NCBI GenBank assembly: GCA_035559535.1
Contig: DATMBG010000052.1
Location: forward strand, 62,001 to 85,697
Source: Candidatus Limnocylindrales bacterium
Lineage (GTDB): Bacteria > Moduliflexota > Moduliflexia > Moduliflexales > JAUQPW01
Length of the DNA: 23,697 nucleotides
Direction: 5' to 3'
This document shows, piece after piece, positions 8,925 through 17,605 of the stretch. Positions within the stretch are counted from its first letter, which is position 1; the number at the start of each line of letters is the position of its first letter. Both the position numbers and the translations under genes were made by a program. A model generated the notes under the pieces. That model was not told where the DNA came from, ran no database searches, and was given only the letters and a program-made list of their open reading frames with translations.

Positions 8925-10691
8925 TTAAAGGGGCCAAAAAATAGGAACCATCATAACCACCATCAGGAGAACTAAAAGGGTTAAAGGGAATCCTACCTTG
9001 AAAAAATCAAGAAAGGTGTATTTGCCAGGCCCATAGACCAACAAACACGCCGGCTCCAGAGGCGTCATAAAAGAACAAGAGGCCGCCATGGTTACAGTAA
9101 CCATAAAGGCCCTGGGGTTAACATTCATCTGAGTAGCCAGGTTGAAAGCAATGGGAGCAACCAGCGCGGCGGCGGCTGCATTGGATAAAGGCTGACTGAG
9201 GAGCATGGTTAAGAGAAACAACAACAGAAGGGTGAGCATCGGTTTGGGAGATCCCATCAGGCTTAGAAGTTGATCGGATAGAAATCTGGCCGTTCCCGTC
9301 TTTTCCATGGCAACCCCCGCGGAAAGTAGACCGGCAACAAGAACCAGGGTTTTCCAGTCGATGGAATCATAGGCTTCTTTAAGGGTCACACATTTTGTTA
9401 AAATGGTCAAAATAGCCCCGGATAACATGGCAATGGAAAAAGGTACCATCTGAAGGCTTCCTACCAGCAGAGATAAGGCAAAGATGCTTAAAGCATAAAC
9501 AGCCCTTTTTTTACGATACGACCGGCCTTCTACCTCTCCGAGTACCATAAAGTCCGGATCCTGTCTGAGGAGTAAAAGGCTATCCCGATGGCCCTGGGTC
9601 AGCAAAATATCCCCGGATGCAAGTCGAATCCGGCTGAGTTTATCCCTCAAAGTTTCTCCATGCCGGTAAATGGCTAAAACCGTTAAGCCATACCGGGGAC
9701 GAAAATTGAGTCCTTTGAGATTTTCTCCGATCAATTTGGAACGGGGAGGAATCAAAATCTCCATGAGTTTGATATCTTCAGATTCCAGATCCTGGTCGCT
9801 CATAAGGGCTTCCCCTTTAATCTCAAGCCCTTCCTCTGCTTTTAATTTCAGGATGCTCTCTATCCTTCCCTCTAACAAAAGACGATCTCCTTCGCGGATA
9901 GTTTCATACGTTCGAGGCGCTAAGATATATCGATTTCCGCGGATAATACTTAGAACATTCAGATCTAACTCCGTGCTAAAAGCACACTCTGCCAAAGTTT
10001 TACCAATGAGCGGGGAATCGGGGAGTACCATAACTTCTGTAACATACTCCCGAAGATGGTACTCTTCACTCAGACTTTCTACCTGTCTTTCTGGAAGCCA
10101 TCGAATTCCCACAAAAAGTAAATAGAGCAGGCCTGTGACGGTAATCAAAATACCCAACGGAGTGAACTCAAAAAGTGAAAAGGCCGGGAGATCATATTTT
10201 TGGAGGATTCCGTTCATGATAATATTCGTGGAGGTCCCTACCAGGGTACAGGTTCCTCCCAGAATAGAAGCGTAAGCCACAGGTATTAAAAGCTTGGATT
10301 CATGGATTCTGGCTTTTTGGGATGCTCCCAAAGCTATGGGAAGAAAAATGGCTACCGTTGCCAGGTTGCTGAGAAAAGAAGAAACTCCGGCAACCAGAAG
10401 CATCATCACCCCCAGGAGTCTCCAGGGATTTGTTCCTCCAAACCGAATAATTCTCTGACCGATATAGTTTATAACTCCGGTTCGAAGTAAAGCGGCCGTT
10501 AAAACAAATAATCCTCCAAAGAAAATAATGACGTCGTTGCTCAATCCGGCAAAAGCCTCTTCTGGAGTAAGAATACGGAACGTTACAAAGGCTATCATTA
10601 AAAGGAGCGCAACCAGATCCACGGAGATGATTTCGAGTATGAAAAATACAACGGCCAGGGACAACAGAAATAAAACAAGGGCAATTTGCAT
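8925..10691 (-). CDS. SLC13/DASS-family permease with two central TrkA-C (RCK_C) domains
   Basis: Multiple TM segments, SSFLSNLAT, LGGTCTLVGTSTN, two repeats of V/I.P.S.LIG..L, LSNAAAA, and SFMTPLEP...YGPGKY. Confidence 0.9.
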   Translation of the reverse strand: MQIALVLFLLSLAVVFFILEIISVDLVALLLMIAFVTFRILTPEEAFAGLSNDVIIFFGGLFVLTAALLRTGVINYIGQRIIRFGGTNPWRLLGVMMLLVAGVSSFLSNLATVAIFLPIALGASQKARIHESKLLIPVAYASILGGTCTLVGTSTNIIMNGILQKYDLPAFSLFEFTPLGILITVTGLLYLLFVGIRWLPERQVESLSEEYHLREYVTEVMVLPDSPLIGKTLAECAFSTELDLNVLSIIRGNRYILAPRTYETIREGDRLLLEGRIESILKLKAEEGLEIKGEALMSDQDLESEDIKLMEILIPPRSKLIGENLKGLNFRPRYGLTVLAIYRHGETLRDKLSRIRLASGDILLTQGHRDSLLLLRQDPDFMVLGEVEGRSYRKKRAVYALSIFALSLLVGSLQMVPFSIAMLSGAILTILTKCVTLKEAYDSIDWKTLVLVAGLLSAGVAMEKTGTARFLSDQLLSLMGSPKPMLTLLLLFLLTMLLSQPLSNAAAAALVAPIAFNLATQMNVNPRAFMVTVTMAASCSFMTPLEPACLLVYGPGKYTFLDFFKVGFPLTLLVLLMVVMMVPIFWPL

Positions 10692-10708
10692 GGAGTTTCT
10701 TTTCTTCT

Positions 10709-11581
10709 TTAAGTTTGGGGTTCCAGGACGCCTATAAGGGTAAGAAATGAGCTATATTTCACTTTAAAGCGGATGACCTCTCCCCGATAGGGACCTTGTT
10801 GAGCCACCCAGGTAATCATCTCACCCTTATTTTTTATCATCTTTCCGGTTTCGAGGCTCTTTAATGTGAACTCCCAACGGGTAACGGGATAAGGGTTTCC
10901 GTTAACTTCTATATTTTCTTCTTCCGCTTCAGCCAGACCCAATTCATAGGATTCTCCATTGAAAACAAAGGCAAACGATTGGTCTTTGCCCATTCCATTT
11001 TTTTTGATAAAATCCATCAGGGACAGGATCCCCATGAAACTCCCTCTCTTTTCCACCGGCTCCTTTCCAGAAACCCGCGAAATCAATCTATCCGGTAAAA
11101 TTTGGATGGTCTCTCGAAGTTCTTTTCCATGCCGGTTCATATACCCCGAATACTGAATAGAAAGGATTCCCTGAGGTCCTGTGATTTTCTTTTCCTCAAA
11201 ATAAATGGCTGCCCTGTAACCCTTTCGGTTAACCTCTTCTGATGAACCCCCTCGCATTTTAAACGTAGTCTGGATGTTCTTCTCATTAATTCGGTGAGAA
11301 CTTTCTTCCCAAATAAGATATCCGGCGTTCTCAATGTCGTCCAGTTTTTTTGTAGGGTCTCCGGTTATCACGGCAACCCCGGCCGATAGGCCGGATACTA
11401 CAGAGGGAAACCGGGCGATGATTCTATAACGAAGGATTTTTTCCAGGGTATGAAGGCGATTCCGATCCTCCTTAGCCGGTCTGTTCATCTTGCTTTTCTG
11501 ACTTTTCCCATAAGCAGGAACCACCAAAATTACAACCAGCATTAAGAAAAGAGACAAGGTACTAACAGTTGAAGATTTCAT
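10709..11581 (-). CDS. Hypothetical exported protein (possibly DUF3108-like beta-rich fold)
   Basis: Signal-peptide-like N-terminus (...VPAYG). The segment EENIEVNG..YPV...ITWV resembles DUF3108-type proteins; the family call is tentative. Confidence 0.6.
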   Translation of the reverse strand: MKSSTVSTLSLFLMLVVILVVPAYGKSQKSKMNRPAKEDRNRLHTLEKILRYRIIARFPSVVSGLSAGVAVITGDPTKKLDDIENAGYLIWEESSHRINEKNIQTTFKMRGGSSEEVNRKGYRAAIYFEEKKITGPQGILSIQYSGYMNRHGKELRETIQILPDRLISRVSGKEPVEKRGSFMGILSLMDFIKKNGMGKDQSFAFVFNGESYELGLAEAEEENIEVNGNPYPVTRWEFTLKSLETGKMIKNKGEMITWVAQQGPYRGEVIRFKVKYSSFLTLIGVLEPQT

Positions 11582-11630
11582 AAGACTTTTCCGGGAACCC
11601 TGCTCGGTTTAGGATCATTCTTTCAAACAA

Positions 11631-11662
11631 CAGAAGGCGAGAATTCCAATTCTCGCCTTCTG
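11631..11662 (-). terminator. Intrinsic terminator of the DUF3618-like gene
   Basis: Perfect 15-bp inverted repeat CAGAAGGCGAGAATT-cc-AATTCTCGCCTTCTG, followed on the minus strand by TTGTTTG, 14 nt after the stop. Confidence 0.7.
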
Positions 11663-11676
11663 AATAGCCCGGGATT

Positions 11677-12066
11677 TTAAAATAGAGAAGCTCTGACTCT
11701 TCCTGAACCGGAGGTTACAGATCTTCCCAGTCCTTCAATAAACTCTGTGGTCTTTTTTGTAAGGAGACCGGCAAGCATAGATCCTAATATATTTGGAATT
11801 TGACTTACATCCCTCCTGGCTTCTGAAGACCTAGCTTCGGCGGCCGAAGGTGTAAAATTCCGTCCGATCCAAAACCCTATGGCCAGGGCTCCTAAAGCAA
11901 ATTCGGTTGGATATCTTTGAACCCAGGATCGCCAGTCCAACGTCTCCTTAAGCTCATCGGTAATGTTCTCGACGGTATGGGAAATATTCTCCTTCGCTTC
12001 CTCTATAGACTGTTTTAAATCCGTTTTAACTTGTTGAGAACCTATAGTATAATTTTTCTGATCCAT
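11677..12066 (-). CDS. DUF3618-like small membrane-anchored stress protein
   Basis: LKQSIEEAKENISHTVENITDELKETLDWRSWVQRYP followed by a hydrophobic ALGALAIGFWIG segment, the typical DUF3618 layout. Confidence 0.65.
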   Translation of the reverse strand: MDQKNYTIGSQQVKTDLKQSIEEAKENISHTVENITDELKETLDWRSWVQRYPTEFALGALAIGFWIGRNFTPSAAEARSSEARRDVSQIPNILGSMLAGLLTKKTTEFIEGLGRSVTSGSGRVRASLF

Positions 12067-12189
12067 TTTTTGTTTTTCTCCGTTTCTGGAGTGCCTTCTC
12101 CAAGTTCACGATAAAACCAGAAACTCCCTGGTAACAGAAGAAACACCCAGAGTGAGAGGAGATTACCTCCCTTTTAAAGATGGTAAAGG

Positions 12190-12525
12190 CTACTTGCGTC
12201 TGAATAAAGAGCCGAGAATAAAACCGGCTGCCAGGGACATAAAGAGCGCTTTATCCGGATTAGCCTGGACATAGTCCAGAGTATCTCGGTATAAGCTTTC
12301 AAGGTTCCATCTATTGATATTTACCTCGGGAAGGTTTCTTTTTACACCCTCGATCATTTCTCCTACCCTGGCCTTTCCGGCCTCATAACCTTCTTGAACC
12401 TGATCTTTCATTTTCGTTACCTGCTCTCCTACGCGCTCTTTCAAGTTTTCCATATTTCCACCGGGTTTCTCTTCTCTTGGATAATCGGGATAATTTGGAT
12501 TGTTGGGATTGTAATGGGTAGCCAT
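12190..12525 (-). CDS. ElaB/YqjD/DUF883-like tail-anchored protein
   Basis: Helical charged N-terminus and C-terminal YVQANPDKALFMSLAAGFILGSLFRRK (the YV..NP...A..GF.LG.L.RR signature). RBS AAGGAGG. Confidence 0.8.
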   Translation of the reverse strand: MATHYNPNNPNYPDYPREEKPGGNMENLKERVGEQVTKMKDQVQEGYEAGKARVGEMIEGVKRNLPEVNINRWNLESLYRDTLDYVQANPDKALFMSLAAGFILGSLFRRK

Positions 12526-12795
12526 AAAACCTCCTTTATGATATAAGTTAATTCACTTTCCTGAGTCTTTAGATTCTTCTCCTCGTGCTTCTCGGGAGAA
12601 GGGATTATAGAATTGCCTTTTCTACTCTATCAAACGCCCCTATCGGTTAAAACCATCAGAAAATTGAAAATAATTCCCTACAGGCTTGCTCTTTCTATGG
12701 AATTGACCAAACCTGACAAGCCGGATTTATAATCCATCTTCTTGAAAGTTTTTGAGTTTTTTAAGGGCCCAGCTGAGTGATCTGCCCTCTTGAAG

Positions 12796-12811
12796 TGCAT
12801 AAATCCTGCCA
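12796..12811 (-). promoter_or_regulatory. sigma54 (-24/-12) promoter facing the ElaB-like/DUF3618-like operon
   Basis: The minus strand reads TGGCAGGATTTATGCA (GG-N10-GC). Confidence 0.6.
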
Positions 12812-13049
12812 TTTCCCATCTTCCCAAAAATTACCGGACTTGGAAGAGGTTCAAATACCTGGTCATAAAAACCAAAAGTCTTAAAGGAGTCATAACGCGG
12901 CATATTCTCCCTTCAAGGGGTCAGACTCTTCCCTAGCAAGCTTGATTTGGCCTTTTATCCCTTCTACCTTCCTTATTCAGGGTTTAATTTAACCCACTAT
13001 ACTCCAACAGACCCTCTTGTAGGATTAAATATCTTTATTAGTTGTAAAA

Positions 13050-13065
13050 AGGCATGCTAAATGCA
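13050..13065 (+). promoter_or_regulatory. sigma54 (-24/-12) promoter facing the HhH genes
   Basis: AGGCATGCTAAATGCA (GG-N10-GC), about 100 nt upstream of ATG 13165. Confidence 0.6.
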
Positions 13066-13164
13066 CCTATAACACTTTAGGTAAGTAAAATATTTACTTT
13101 GGTCATAGGATAAAGGGTATTCTCTGTTTCAGGGAGGATCCTTAAAAAAACAGGAGAGGAAGAA

Positions 13165-13512
13165 ATGGAAAAGAAATCAGATAGGAACAAATCCCGGATC
13201 AATCTTAACACCGCCAGTGATGAAGAGTTAAAAAGAATCCTTAAAAGCGATCAATTGATACAAACCATTAAAGAAAAACGACCTTTTCATAACCTGGAAG
13301 ATCTTTGGGAGATTCCAGGGATCAACCGGGAACTCTTTGATGAGCTGAGAAAGATCGTCTATCTGAGTGGTGGGGAAGCAGAAGGAAAGGAAGGAATATC
13401 ATCTACCCTACCGGCTTCGGGTCCTATCGTTGATCCCGAGCTGAGTGAGGAAATGGGAACCGACCATCCGGGTAAGACCGGGAGAGATACCCAGTTCGAA
13501 TCGGAAAGATAA
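13165..13512 (+). CDS. Helix-hairpin-helix (ComEA/HHH_3-like) domain protein, no signal peptide
   Basis: RINLNTASDEEL...RPFHNLEDLWEIPGIN..LFDEL, followed by an acidic low-complexity tail. RBS AGGAGAGG. Confidence 0.8.
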   Translation: MEKKSDRNKSRINLNTASDEELKRILKSDQLIQTIKEKRPFHNLEDLWEIPGINRELFDELRKIVYLSGGEAEGKEGISSTLPASGPIVDPELSEEMGTDHPGKTGRDTQFESER

Positions 13513-13576
13513 CCTTTTTTATCCGTTATCTGCTATCTATTTTAAAGAAAATAGGGAGCGGATAACGGGTGATTCC

Positions 13577-14239
13577 ATGAATCCACCTTATTCTAAAAAG
13601 AAAGAAGCTTTGTTAGGGACAGGACCGGAAGCCGATAAACCGGATGATCAAAGGTCGGAGCACTCCGGTGAAGTGGACGATATAATTAATATTAACAGGG
13701 CCGATGATGCAGCCCTTCTCCGGGTATTTAAAGATGAGGAACTGGTCCGTGCCGTTAAATCCGGTCGTCCCTATGAGAGCCCGGAAGATCTTTACCGGAT
13801 AGAAGGTATCAATGAGGATGTTTTTGAGAGGGTCCGGGATAGAATTACCGTAGAAAACCAGGCAAAGTCCGGATTTAGAAGTGTTACGGATATACGGGAG
13901 ACCCAGGAGTTGCAGGAAGGGTCCATTCCGGGTTTTGACAGGGATAAACAGGAAGAAATCACCGGGGCTAGGGATCGACTCATAGCTCGGGGTGTCATCG
14001 ATGAGGAAGGGGAAGTCTTCCGGCAACTGGAGAATATAGAACCGGAGATACAGGAAGATCTTAAAGTGATCGAGACCCTTCCGGAACTAACTCCCGTAAG
14101 CGAAACCGAAGAGGCTCAGGAGGAAGAACTTCCAGATGGGGATGTTCAGAAGGATGAGGTAAAAACTCGAGGGTCCGAACGAAGGATAATACCAGGAAGT
14201 GAAGCTGAAACCCCAGAAGAATCGGAGAAACCCGATTAG
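13577..14239 (+). CDS. Second HhH (HHH_3-like) domain protein with long acidic, probably disordered flanks
   Basis: IININRADD..L...RPYESPEDLYRIEGINEDVFERVRDRITV. ATG 13577 is preferred over GTG 13445, which overlaps the upstream gene. Confidence 0.75.
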   Translation: MNPPYSKKKEALLGTGPEADKPDDQRSEHSGEVDDIININRADDAALLRVFKDEELVRAVKSGRPYESPEDLYRIEGINEDVFERVRDRITVENQAKSGFRSVTDIRETQELQEGSIPGFDRDKQEEITGARDRLIARGVIDEEGEVFRQLENIEPEIQEDLKVIETLPELTPVSETEEAQEEELPDGDVQKDEVKTRGSERRIIPGSEAETPEESEKPD

Positions 14240-14332
14240 TGAGGGGAATAAAAAATAAAGGCTTTAAGAGAAGAACTTTTCTGTTTGAAAAGCGTCTAAT
14301 TTTTAAAGGGGACTTTTAAAGGAGGCTTGGGT

Positions 14333-14656
14333 ATGAGAATCTTATTGGTGATTCTGATTGTTGTCCTTATTTTGGTTGCCAGCGGGATTATCTATATCCG
14401 GCAAAGTCAGGATCGCGTGACCATCACCATTGATACCAGCAAAGTTCAACAGAAAGCCGGGGAGGTTATTGAAACCGGTAAAGAAGTTGGATCTGAGGCC
14501 TTAAAGCAAACCGGGAGGGTTATGGAAAAGGTTGGGGAAAAACTGAGTGGAGGAAAAACGGAGCCAAAAAATCAAAATGAGGCTCAGGTACCTCCGGTAC
14601 CGGGTCGGGGAGAAGCTAAATCCGAAAACCGGGAAGAAGCGAAACCCCATCGCTAA
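14333..14656 (+). CDS. Small N-terminally membrane-anchored hypothetical protein
   Basis: GGAGG at 14321-14325 precedes ATG 14333. One TM helix, then VTITIDT.KV and an amphipathic helix. Confidence 0.7.
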   Translation: MRILLVILIVVLILVASGIIYIRQSQDRVTITIDTSKVQQKAGEVIETGKEVGSEALKQTGRVMEKVGEKLSGGKTEPKNQNEAQVPPVPGRGEAKSENREEAKPHR

Positions 14657-14669
14657 ATTGATAAAAATA

Positions 14670-14698
14670 GGGAGGGTTTCCAAAAGTAAAACCCTCCC
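14670..14698. terminator. Bidirectional terminator between convergent genes
   Basis: GGGAGGGTTT (14670-14679) pairs with AAACCCTCCC (14689-14698). It is flanked by an A-rich tract on the left and a T-rich tract on the right. Confidence 0.7.
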
Positions 14699-14719
14699 CT
14701 ACGTTTATCTTTCGGCTCT

Positions 14720-15610
14720 TCAATTTAGATAGTCTTCTAAACTTCGGGTTATAGCCCTTTTCTTTAACCGCTCCTTGGCCCTTTTCTCGAGTTGACGAAC
14801 TCTTTCTCTACTCAGGTTTAATTGTTTCCCTATTTCTGCCAACGTCATAGGTTTTCCCCCATTAATTCCATACCTCAGTTTTAGAATGGTCTCTTCCCTG
14901 GGATCAAGTCCACTGAGCAGTTCCCTAAGCTCCTCCATGAGAGACTCTTTAATTACCCACTGCTCCGGAGAGAGGTAGTTTTTTCCTCGGATGGTGTCCA
15001 CAAAAGTGGTTCCTTCATTATCGGAGATGGGAGTGTCCAGGGATAAAGGACCCCAGGATAATCCTAAGAGAGATTCGACTTTTTTGACCGGAATATTTAA
15101 TCTACTCGCCAAATCTTCCGGGCTGGGGGATTCGGCTATTTTTTCCTGCATGAGATCCTTATAGACTTTACCCAGTTTGATGATCATATCGGCCTGTCGC
15201 ATAGGAATCCGAATAATACTCCCTTGCTCAGCCAAGGCTTGCATGATGGCCTGTCTAACCCACCATACCCCATAGGAGATAAATTTGACTCCTTTCGAGG
15301 GGTTGAATCTTTTAGCGGCTTCGATTAAGCCCAAATTCCCCTCATTGATAAGATCAAGTAAATCCAATCCACATCCTTGATACTGCTGAGCAATATTGAC
15401 TACAAATTTTAAGTTTCCTTCTACAAGCCGATTAAAAGCTTGCTCATCACCGTTTTGGATCCCTTTCCCCAGCTCTATTTCTTCTTCTCGGGTTGTTATA
15501 GGAATGCTGCCTATCTTTCTAAAATAGGCTTGAAGAGGACTTGCTGTAGTCATTTTCTGTGAAAATTTAAGTTTAGATTTTTTTAGCTTCTTTTTGGATG
15601 GTCTTACCAT
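14720..15610 (-). CDS. Alternative sigma70-family factor (group 2, RpoS-like; regions 1.2-4, no region 1.1)
   Basis: Region 1.2 LQAYFRKIG.IP..TREEE, region 2 NLKFVV.IA..Y...DLINEGNLGLIEAA.RF and SYGVWWVRQAI, region 3 LSLDTPI, region 4 TLAEIG..LNLSRERVRQLE. 296 aa, RBS AAGGAG. Confidence 0.92.
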   Translation of the reverse strand: MVRPSKKKLKKSKLKFSQKMTTASPLQAYFRKIGSIPITTREEEIELGKGIQNGDEQAFNRLVEGNLKFVVNIAQQYQGCGLDLLDLINEGNLGLIEAAKRFNPSKGVKFISYGVWWVRQAIMQALAEQGSIIRIPMRQADMIIKLGKVYKDLMQEKIAESPSPEDLASRLNIPVKKVESLLGLSWGPLSLDTPISDNEGTTFVDTIRGKNYLSPEQWVIKESLMEELRELLSGLDPREETILKLRYGINGGKPMTLAEIGKQLNLSRERVRQLEKRAKERLKKRAITRSLEDYLN

Positions 15611-15741
15611 TTCGTTACTCCTTGACTAGATTAGAATTTTTTTTAATAGCAGTCCTTCTCTTTATTATTACCCATCAGATTGAGGAGGTTATCTTTAAAA
15701 ACAAATTTAACTTAAAGCTGTGTTCTTTAAGGATAGAAATG

Positions 15742-15757
15742 TGCATTTTTAGTGCCA
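15742..15757 (-). promoter_or_regulatory. sigma54 (-24/-12) promoter upstream of the sigma70 gene
   Basis: The minus strand reads TGGCACTAAAAATGCA (GG-N10-GC, perfect TGGCAC -24 box), about 130 nt upstream of ATG 15610. Confidence 0.7.
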
Positions 15758-16056
15758 AGGTCGGAGTCCCTATCCTGGAAGTCTTTAAACAGAACGCGTC
15801 TTTCTGGGAATCGGTTTTGGAATCTCTCCCCTAAAAGCCTTTAAATACTTCAAGTTTTAAAGCCTGGAAGAACGTAACCTTCCCTAAGAAGGACTTATTA
15901 TTCACATCTTTTCATTTTAATCAAGTCTTTTTTGAAAAAAATTAAATTTTTTTAAAAAAAATGTATAACTTCTGGTCAACCGGTTAAATTAAAAGTGTAT
16001 GTGCAGGTGTTTTAGTGCAATTGGTTGTCATAATAGTTCCTAGGAGGCGAAAATTT

Positions 16057-16938
16057 ATGATAAAAAGTATACTTATCCCCTTTGATGGCTCTGAGCATGC
16101 CAGGACGGCTCTTAGATATGGTATTCAACTGGGTCGATGGGATCGGGCCAGGATAGATGGACTGTTTGTGATCGATATTCGGGCTATCCTCCAACCTCCC
16201 ACAACCCCCTTAGCCGTTGAAGCGTTCTTACCGGATACCGGAAATGTAGAACTTAACTTCAATTTAGAACTTCAAAAAAAGCTGGCTGAAACCGGTGAAT
16301 CTATTCTTAAAGACTTTGAAGACCTCTGTGATAGAGAAGGAGTCCGGCATGGAAGAATTTTTTTAGAAACAGGTTTTATTGCACCCACCATTTGTGAAAG
16401 AGGGAAAACTGCCGATATAATTATACTCGGAAAAGAAGGGCTTTTTGAGGAGACGGGGGCTTCTGGAGAGTCTAAGGCGCAAGTTCCGGATAAACTCCTG
16501 GGTCCGGTAGTCACTGAGGTTATGAGGACGGCTATCCGACCGGTCCTGGTGGTCCCCTGCGAATATAGGGAAATAAAACGTATCCTGATCGCCTATGATG
16601 GCCATGAGGCTGCAAGTCGAGTTCTCCAAATAGCAGCCTACCTGGGGGCCGTCGGGGAGTTTGATCTGAAAATTCTGGTGGTCACAGATTCCCCCTCTGA
16701 AGGGAGAAAGATCGGTCAACAGGCCGAGGACTACCTCCAGGCTTATGAACTCCAACCTCACCTTATCATGGAGACCGGAAATCCCGTTGAGAAAATATTA
16801 GCAGTTGCCAGACAAGAGGCTATCGATCTCATCGCCATGGGCGCTTTTGGGAAAAGTAAAATACGGGAATTGTTTTTGGGAAGTACCACCGAAGCGGTAG
16901 TCAAAGAAGCGGATTGTCCCGTGCTTTTGCATCAATAG
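16057..16938 (+). CDS. Tandem-domain universal stress protein (USP)
   Basis: IKSILIPFDGSE, ADIIILGKEG, LLGPV...RPVLVV, second domain RILIAYDG, DLIAMGAFG.SKIRELFLGSTT...CPVL. AGGAGG at 16042-16047 favours ATG 16057. Confidence 0.92.
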   Translation: MIKSILIPFDGSEHARTALRYGIQLGRWDRARIDGLFVIDIRAILQPPTTPLAVEAFLPDTGNVELNFNLELQKKLAETGESILKDFEDLCDREGVRHGRIFLETGFIAPTICERGKTADIIILGKEGLFEETGASGESKAQVPDKLLGPVVTEVMRTAIRPVLVVPCEYREIKRILIAYDGHEAASRVLQIAAYLGAVGEFDLKILVVTDSPSEGRKIGQQAEDYLQAYELQPHLIMETGNPVEKILAVARQEAIDLIAMGAFGKSKIRELFLGSTTEAVVKEADCPVLLHQ

Positions 16939-17018
16939 GAAAAAGGAAGGGTCATTTTTAACCCCCCCCCTTCTAAGCAAAGCTTCAAAAAGGAAGGAGC
17001 CTTTTATGGAATCTATAG

Positions 17019-17429
17019 CCAAAATGGGGAGAATATCCGGCAGCCTCCATTCTTAAAGTCGTGGAGAGGAAAAAAGTCGATGAAATAGATGATCGGACCC
17101 TTATTTTGGCGGATATCGCGGAGAAAGCCAGGCGTCAGGTCTATGTCCGGGTGCGGGAAATCTTGATAAGTAATAAAATGGAAGCAGAAAAAGCCGATCA
17201 ATTGGCCCAGATTCTAACGGAAGGGCGCTGGACCCATGATTACCCCATCAGTTATGAGGAAGCCGTAGAATTAGGATTACCCGTGCGGGACTCTTTACCC
17301 GAAGAGGTATTGATCCTTATGAGTTTATACCCTCAACCGCCGCAACGCCGTCCCTCTGTTCAATATATTCCTGTTCCTTATAAGAAAGAGGGAGAAGAAA
17401 AAAGAACCCGGTCTAAAATTTTGGAATAA
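17019..17429 (+). pseudogene. N-terminally truncated ClpP-class 'SDH_sah' (DUF114) serine protease fragment
   Basis: The frame is open only from 17019 (after TAG 17016-17018) and reads GEYPAASILKVVE..EIDD.TLI.ADIAEKA...GRWTHDYPI...LYPQP..RRPSVQYIP. The N-terminal half containing the catalytic Ser is absent. Confidence 0.65.
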
Positions 17430-17462
17430 CCGGGGGAAATTCTCTTAAGGCTCTTTCTCCTG

Positions 17463-17605
17463 ACTCCGAGGTTTTCAAAACCCCGGAGTTTTCCTCCCTA
17501 AAGTTCTGAAAATCCCGAGATCTCCCATATTTGGGGATTTTGGAATCGTTGCCAACTCTTAGGTTGGGCTTAAACCTCCTGAGGTTTTAAATACCTCAGA
17601 GATCT
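17463..17605. repeat. Cluster of about 3 degenerate copies of a ~30-bp palindrome (CTCCGAGGTTTT-n-AAAACCTCGGAG type)
   Basis: ACTCCGAGGTTTTCAAAACCCCGGAGT (17463-17489), a degenerate copy at about 17494-17523, and AAACCTCCTGAGGTTTTAAATACCTCAGAGATCT (17572-17605). Confidence 0.6.

Noticed and set aside
13445-13576. N-terminal extension of the second HhH ORF, or a frameshift fusion with the first
   Set aside because: The extension overlaps the upstream gene and reads like intergenic sequence. No slippery site or stimulatory structure is evident, so ATG 13577 is more plausible.
13165-14239. Calling the HhH genes comEA (competence)
   Set aside because: No signal or TM anchor, no SLBB domain, degenerate hairpins and no competence genes nearby.
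14720-15610. Assigning the symbol rpoD or rpoS
   Set aside because: It lacks region 1.1 and the exact primary-sigma signatures. Orthology needs a phylogeny.
15915-15935. IHF-like site AATCAAGTCTTTT near the sigma54 motif
   Set aside because: It is an imperfect match in very AT-rich DNA and cannot be distinguished from chance by eye.
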